Virus record (IMG/VR): IMGVR_UViG_3300020021_000012
Span: 1-58,342 of that record
Strand: one strand, 5' to 3'
DNA: 58,342 bases
DNA from: a virus
Taxonomy: Duplodnaviria; Caudoviricetes
Below, in pieces: positions 53,789 through 58,342 of the stretch. The stretch's first letter is position 1. Every line of letters starts with the position of its first letter. The notes beneath the pieces were generated by a model, which had not been told where the DNA came from, did not search any database, and worked only from the letters and a program-made list of their open reading frames with translations. The position numbers and the translations under genes were made by a program.

Positions 53789-53910
53789 CGTGGGGCCGAA
53801 TCCTCTTCTTGTGCTTTGTGGCTGCCGTGCTCGTGGCCCTCACCATCCACATGCACCGCGGACAGGACATCTTCCACGGGAAAGAATCGTCGATCGGCAG
53901 AGAGGGTTGA
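53785..53910 (+). CDS. Small membrane protein (41 aa)
   Basis: MTWGRILFLCFVAAVLVALTIH...; ATGA-coupled. Confidence 0.55.
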   Translation: MTWGRILFLCFVAAVLVALTIHMHRGQDIFHGKESSIGREG

Positions 53911-53911
53911 A

Positions 53912-54397
53912 ATGGACGTGAATCCGCTGAACTGGAACTGGAACGAGAAAAAGGCGGCGGGGCGCCACGTCCTCACCTATGCAGGCGGCCTCGTGACCAT
54001 GGCTGCGGTGTGGGGTCTTGTGTCGCAAGGCGACGCCTCGACGCTCACCCAAGGCCTCAACGACATCGGCGCCGGCCTCGCTCAATTCGCCAAGGGCGTA
54101 GCCGCTATCGCAGGCGTTCTGGTCCCCCTCTACAGCGCTCTGATGGCGAAGAGGAGCGCTCAGCCAGACCAGCAAATCAAGTCCGTGGTTGCCACCCTGT
54201 CTGCACCGAACTCCGGGAAAACCGTCGCCGAAGTCGTGTCCGACGAAAGCGACCGCAAGAAACTGATCAGCGCGGTTGCCGACATGCCCGAGGTCAAGGG
54301 CGTCGTTACGACCGCAAAAGTGGCCGACGAGACCGCCAGCAACAAGGTCGTTGCGACCGCGGCGGAAATCCCGGTGGCCAGATCGGGCGCTAGCTGA
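53912..54397 (+). CDS. Putative holin
   Basis: RHVLTYAGG TM1, second TM, downstream of endolysin. Confidence 0.55.
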   Translation: MDVNPLNWNWNEKKAAGRHVLTYAGGLVTMAAVWGLVSQGDASTLTQGLNDIGAGLAQFAKGVAAIAGVLVPLYSALMAKRSAQPDQQIKSVVATLSAPNSGKTVAEVVSDESDRKKLISAVADMPEVKGVVTTAKVADETASNKVVATAAEIPVARSGAS

Positions 54398-54585
54398 TGA
54401 AACCCCGGCCGCCATGGCGATGCGATAAGCACCACGTCGAGTCCGTCGAGGCCAGCGCCCTCTGGGGGCAGCAGCCGGGGCGGGCTCGCTCTGTCAGGGT
54501 GTGTCCGCGCTGCCATGCGGAGGCGGTCGTAAAGGCTAGGTTGGCCATGAAACAGCGGCGGCAGGGAAGGCGGCTGACGGCATAA
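54397..54585 (+). CDS. Small Zn-finger-like protein
   Basis: CxxH...CPRC; coupled. Confidence 0.5.
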   Translation: MKPRPPWRCDKHHVESVEASALWGQQPGRARSVRVCPRCHAEAVVKARLAMKQRRQGRRLTA

Positions 54586-54685
54586 CTGTTACCAAGCCTG
54601 CACAGAAATTCTATGTTTGTTTCCAGACAAAATAGTTGCTCGTCCCCGGCGTATGCTGACCGCTCACGAAACAGGGGACAAGCTC

Positions 54686-55444
54686 ATGCGTAAATTCTTG
54701 CTCTCTCTCGCCGCGCTTGCGATGGCGGGCCCGGCGTTCGGCGCGGATATCGCTCTGAAGGCCAAGCCGATTGCCTATCCGTATGCCAAATCGGGGTGTT
54801 ACTTCGGAATCAACACCGAGGCGGCGGTCGCCTCCACCGACACCTCCGGAACCGGGCTGTTCATCAATTCGGCGGCCAGCGGCAAGCTCTACGCGGCCGG
54901 TGGCGCGATCGGCGGCTCGGTCGGCTGCATCAAGGGTGGCCCAGACCTCTGGTACGGCGTTCAGGCCGATCTCGATTACCAGAACATCACCGGTAGCGTC
55001 CCGGTCGCCGGGGCAAACATCAACTTCGCCAGCCGGCTCCAGGGTGGTGCGGAGGTCCGCCTCGGGGGAACAACCCTCCTGACGCTCCTGACCCAATGGG
55101 TGCCCTCTGGGAGCTTCCCGGTGGTCGGTACGCCGGCCGTCCCCGGTAGCTTCCAACTGGCCGCAACTCCCCCGCTGCCCTACGTGGCGGCCGGCTTCGA
55201 GGTGTTCCGGGTGGATGCGGCTTTCGGTGCCATCAGCGGCTCCGGAACCGAGATCGCCCCCAAGCTCCGGGCCGGCGTCATCAACCAGCTCACCGACGCC
55301 CAGGGCAAGCTGACGGGCGCCGTGATGGACACCTACGCCAAGGTCGTATTCGCCGGCAAAGGCGTGACGTTCAACGATGGCCAGTTCGCCGCGATGACGA
55401 ACATGGGCAACCAGTATCGGGCCGGCGTCGCCTTCTACTGGTGA
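54686..55444 (+). CDS. Outer-membrane beta-barrel protein (Omp25/RopB-like)
   Basis: Signal MRKFLLSLAALAMAGPAFG|ADI..KA; G.YFGIN; YGVQADLDY; terminal aromatic beta-signal AGVAFYW. Confidence 0.8.
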   Translation: MRKFLLSLAALAMAGPAFGADIALKAKPIAYPYAKSGCYFGINTEAAVASTDTSGTGLFINSAASGKLYAAGGAIGGSVGCIKGGPDLWYGVQADLDYQNITGSVPVAGANINFASRLQGGAEVRLGGTTLLTLLTQWVPSGSFPVVGTPAVPGSFQLAATPPLPYVAAGFEVFRVDAAFGAISGSGTEIAPKLRAGVINQLTDAQGKLTGAVMDTYAKVVFAGKGVTFNDGQFAAMTNMGNQYRAGVAFYW

Positions 55445-55515
55445 GCGTTAGTTATGACTCGCGCTGGCCACGGCTGGCGCGAGTCAAAAAGCTCAATAGC
55501 GCACATGGGGGAACA

Positions 55516-55926
55516 ATGAACGAGATCACGGAATACAAGCGCCGGCCGACTGTTGCGCCACAGCCACAGCCTAATGACCCGGCGGTGACCGGATTCCTCA
55601 ACCGTTTCGCCGCGCTCGAGCGTGAATGCGAGGATCTTCGCGCCCTGGCCGACCGGCAGGAAGTCACCATCGCCACCCAAGGCCACCGCATCGAATATCA
55701 GGATAGCGTCATCAAGAAACTGACGGTCCAGCGGGACTCCTTCCAGCGCGGGTTCCTGTCGATCCAAGCGGAGATGCGGCTGTTCGCGACCAGCGCCATC
55801 CATTCGCTGGAAGTCGCAAATCAGGAATTCGCACGCGACGGCGTAGAGGCGCCTGCAACCGACCAGGGCGACGCCTTGGACGACGGCGCGCGGCAGATTG
55901 GCCAGAAATTCGGGGCGGGGACTTAA
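55516..55926 (+). CDS. Coiled-coil hypothetical protein
   Basis: Start re-called at MNEITE with GGGGG RBS. Confidence 0.65.
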   Translation: MNEITEYKRRPTVAPQPQPNDPAVTGFLNRFAALERECEDLRALADRQEVTIATQGHRIEYQDSVIKKLTVQRDSFQRGFLSIQAEMRLFATSAIHSLEVANQEFARDGVEAPATDQGDALDDGARQIGQKFGAGT

Positions 55927-55948
55927 CGATAACAACGGAGATCACGCC

Positions 55949-56113
55949 ATGTCGATCGGGACAATTCTACTCATCGTCCTCGTGATTATCCTGCTCGGGG
56001 GGTTCAGCGGCTACGGCGGCGGCCCGTTCTACGGCACTGGCGTCTACGGCGGCGGCGGGCTCGGCTTGATCGTCGTTGTGCTGGTCGTGCTGCTGCTGCT
56101 GGGTCGAATCTAA
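55949..56113 (+). CDS. DUF3309-family small membrane protein
   Basis: MSIGTILLIVLV..LLGG...GGGGLGL......LLLGRI. Confidence 0.85.
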   Translation: MSIGTILLIVLVIILLGGFSGYGGGPFYGTGVYGGGGLGLIVVVLVVLLLLGRI

Positions 56114-56123
56114 GGAGGTTGCC

Positions 56124-56279
56124 ATGGGACTAGTCCTACTCGTTTTCGCATTCGTGTTCGCGTGCTTGGCGGCGTGTATCCCTGGCCCGGTGTTCAATCG
56201 GTGGCATCTCGGATGGCTCGCGTTCGCCTTCTACCTCGCCAGCCTCATCTTCGGAGGCGTCTCCCACTTACTCCATTGA
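56124..56279 (+). CDS. Small two-TM membrane protein
   Basis: AAGGAGG RBS; two hydrophobic helices. Confidence 0.75.
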   Translation: MGLVLLVFAFVFACLAACIPGPVFNRWHLGWLAFAFYLASLIFGGVSHLLH

Positions 56280-56347
56280 TGCCGGCGGATCAGGAAATCC
56301 TATTCCAGGTCCCGCCGGCTCCACCGGACATCTGCACAGGCTGCTGA

Positions 56348-56926
56348 ATGACCCCGCCAAAAAGCGACGTTGTCGTCACGAATCCCGATCCGACTGTCGC
56401 GGTCAAGGAGGCGCTGGAACTCGCGATCAAGAACCTTGACGACAAGATCGATCGGCGCTTTCAGGGCATCGAGCAGGCAACGGCCCTCGCCAGGGATGAG
56501 CAGAAGGAAAAACTGATCGCCCTCAAGGAGACGCTGCAGAACGCAGCCGCCGAAAAGGCATCATCGAACAAGGACCTCGTCGAGAAGCTCGAGAAAGCCA
56601 ACCAGGTTGCGTTGACGGCTGCCCTGCAGACGCAGAAGGAATCGGCCGCCAAAAGTGAACTTTCCATGGCTGACCTGCTCAAGCAACTGCAGGTAAGCTT
56701 CGAGACGGCGAACAAGGCGACCAACGAGAAGATTGACCGGCTCACGTCCCGGTTGGATACGGGCGAGGGGCGCACTGGAGGCGCCGTCGACAATCGGCAG
56801 ATATCACGGCTGGACTTGCAGGACAGCCGGCAGAGCGCGGACAGTACCCGAAATTTCATCTTGGCGCTGATCGGAACGGTGCTGGTCGCCACCGGGATCA
56901 TCGTTACCGTTTTGCTGAGAAAATGA
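56348..56926 (+). CDS. Coiled-coil protein with C-terminal TM anchor
   Basis: ALTAALQTQKE...KSE; C-terminal hydrophobic helix. Confidence 0.75.
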   Translation: MTPPKSDVVVTNPDPTVAVKEALELAIKNLDDKIDRRFQGIEQATALARDEQKEKLIALKETLQNAAAEKASSNKDLVEKLEKANQVALTAALQTQKESAAKSELSMADLLKQLQVSFETANKATNEKIDRLTSRLDTGEGRTGGAVDNRQISRLDLQDSRQSADSTRNFILALIGTVLVATGIIVTVLLRK

Positions 56927-56954
56927 CGCCTACGCCGCGGGGTGGGGGCCCCAA

Positions 56955-57140
56955 ATGCACTTCCAGATCAGCGAGCGGTGTCCCAAATGCGGGAAGATAA
57001 TGGGCATCGCCACGGTCGAGCTTGACGACAAACGGCCGAACCGAGCGTTCCATACGGTACAATGCGCGTGCGGGTTTATCAGGACGAAAATTGTGTCGAT
57101 AGCGTCCGGCGAGGGGGCGCCAAGGACGGGGGATGGGTGA
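56955..57140 (+). CDS. Small Zn-ribbon protein
   Basis: CPKCG...CACG. Confidence 0.55.
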   Translation: MHFQISERCPKCGKIMGIATVELDDKRPNRAFHTVQCACGFIRTKIVSIASGEGAPRTGDG

Positions 57141-57471
57141 GGAAGTGCCGAATCAAGCCCACGATGACGCGATCGCAAATGCTCGCGCTACGTCAGCCAT
57201 TGCGACAAAGCTTGACATCTTCGTAGACGAATTCAAGAAGGAAAGGGAAGACGCCTCCACGCATCGGAAAGACCTGCGCGAGGTCGTCGGCGCCCTTAGC
57301 GAGGCGGTGCGCACCCAGACCGCCGCCATCTCGGAAATAAGGCCGATCGTGGCCGAATATCAGAACACCCGAGCCGAGGCGCGCGGCGCCGCCAAGATGG
57401 TGAAATACATCTGGACGGTCGTGGTCATGCTCGCCGGGCTGGTCGGCGCGTGGATCGGGAAGAAGATTTAG
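57133..57471 (+). CDS. Coiled-coil protein with C-terminal TM (lysis-cassette type)
   Basis: Helical body plus IWTVVVMLAGLVGAWI. Confidence 0.65.
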   Translation: MGEEVPNQAHDDAIANARATSAIATKLDIFVDEFKKEREDASTHRKDLREVVGALSEAVRTQTAAISEIRPIVAEYQNTRAEARGAAKMVKYIWTVVVMLAGLVGAWIGKKI

Positions 57472-57678
57472 CGCATCTGCTCACCGGGCCGCGTCCGCAT
57501 GGGTGAGGTCGGACATGGGGCTATCCATCTAGCCAGTCATCCCATGCCCTCGGCGCAAGACCGCTGGCTCTATGGACGATCGAGCACCGCTCGGCGCGCT
57601 TATTAGCGCGGTGTCTCGTAGGTAAGATCGCCGGCCATCCGGCTCAGACCGCCCCCGTCATGGGGCAACTCCCAGACT

Positions 57679-57711
57679 GGCCGCTCCGGGAAACCGGGGC
57701 GGCCTTTTTCG
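57679..57711 (+). terminator. Intrinsic terminator ending the late arm
   Basis: GGCCGCTCCGG-GAAA-CCGGGGCGGCC then TTTTT, between convergent arms. Confidence 0.85.
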
Positions 57712-57720
57712 TTTGTGGGA

Positions 57721-57912
57721 TCATCGCGCAGGCGGCGAAGCATTAGCTTTCCGATCTTGCCAGCGCCATATAGCCTCCCAAGAAGCCATCCAGCATATTC
57801 CGAGTGCCGCCCCAAAGCAGAGCGTAATATCGGACTCCGTTAGCCCGCGCTTCGTGAAGATGAGCAGGAGCGCGATTGACCAAAATGCACATATTGAGGC
57901 AACGTATTTCAT
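57721..57912 (-). CDS. Small two-TM membrane protein
   Basis: GGGAGG RBS; hydrophobic. Confidence 0.6.
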   Translation of the reverse strand: MKYVASICAFWSIALLLIFTKRGLTESDITLCFGAALGICWMASWEAIWRWQDRKANASPPAR

Positions 57913-57939
57913 CTCATCCTCCCGCTCGATGATTTATAA

Positions 57940-58101
57940 TCATCGGACCGCACCGTTGCACTGAAGTTCGGTTTTCTCGTAGCCCGGCCACGGCTGAGGC
58001 GGATATGCATCCCTCCATCGGCCGCCCTTGAACACCTGATAGGTGTTGCACCCGAGGCACCAGCGGCGGCCGCCGACCGTGATGTAGTTGTGCTCGGTCA
58101 T
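57940..58101 (-). CDS. Hypothetical protein
   Basis: Start re-called at MTEHNY; ATGA-coupled. Confidence 0.55.
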   Translation of the reverse strand: MTEHNYITVGGRRWCLGCNTYQVFKGGRWRDAYPPQPWPGYEKTELQCNGAVR

Positions 58102-58328
58102 CTTTCGATCCGAACGACAGGAAGCGTCACCACATTCGTCGGTCGGTAGATCAGGCCGGGGGCAATTACACATTCACCTTGGCTGAGCTGCGCAAGTTCG
58201 ACGCCGCCCTTGGTCTCTAAGGCGATTCTGTCGTACTCATATCGTTGGCCGTCTTTGGTGATGATGTAGGACGGAATGTCGCGTTCCCGATAAGTACCGA
58301 TGCTGGGTCCATGCTCGATCACGGCCAT
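58098..58328 (-). CDS. Hypothetical protein (5' part lies in the terminal repeat)
   Basis: 76 aa, GGAGG RBS. Confidence 0.7.
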   Translation of the reverse strand: MAVIEHGPSIGTYRERDIPSYIITKDGQRYEYDRIALETKGGVELAQLSQGECVIAPGLIYRPTNVVTLPVVRIER

Positions 58329-58339
58329 TTGTGTCCTCC
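58214..58339 (+). repeat. Terminal direct repeat, right copy
   Basis: Identical to 1-126; the last 3 nt of the window diverge. Confidence 0.95.
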
Positions 58340-58342
58340 ATC

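Larger units (their letters stand above)
1..58342. mobile_element. Complete temperate P22-like podophage genome (circularly permuted), probable alphaproteobacterial host
   Basis: Terminal direct repeat; integrase, cI/cro, replication, terminase, portal, scaffold, capsid, tail hub, ejection and lysis genes in lambdoid order; no host housekeeping flanks; no tape measure or sheath gene recognised. Confidence 0.93.

Noticed and set aside
1-58342. tRNA or rRNA genes, tail tape measure, tail sheath
   Set aside because: None recognised by eye; tRNAscan-SE and HMM searches would be needed to exclude them formally.

Overview
The window looks like one complete, circularly permuted genome of a temperate P22-like podophage of about 58.2 kb; bases 1-126 recur at 58214-58339. 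GcrA-like, DUF3309 and Omp25/RopB-like genes point to an alphaproteobacterial host, probably Hyphomicrobiales. Gene order: a leftward early arm (TGT-like and PAPS-reductase-like genes, intact attP candidate, integrase/excisionase, SSAP), a cI/cro switch, then replication (two DNA methyltransferases, helicase, primase), a NusG paralog, terminase, portal, scaffold, N4-gp56-type capsid, P22-like tail and ejection proteins, lysis genes and morons. Three things stand out. (1) At least eight proteins in the head/tail region carry Sec or Tat signal peptides, most with even cysteine counts; they include a Tat-exported GH9 glycoside hydrolase, the gene right after the capsid, and a tail-fibre-like protein. 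The same late operon encodes an O-antigen-ligase/O-oligosaccharyltransferase-like enzyme, suggesting periplasmic maturation (disulfides, glycosylation) of virion parts. (2) A sigma70 promoter drives a ~410-nt, GNRA-tetraloop-rich structured RNA directly upstream of an HNH nuclease. (3) A pyruvoyl decarboxylase and a PurD-like ATP-grasp ligase sit between terminase and portal, and the ligase shares a C-terminal motif with a neighbouring small basic protein. All family assignments are motif recognition by eye; no searches were run.
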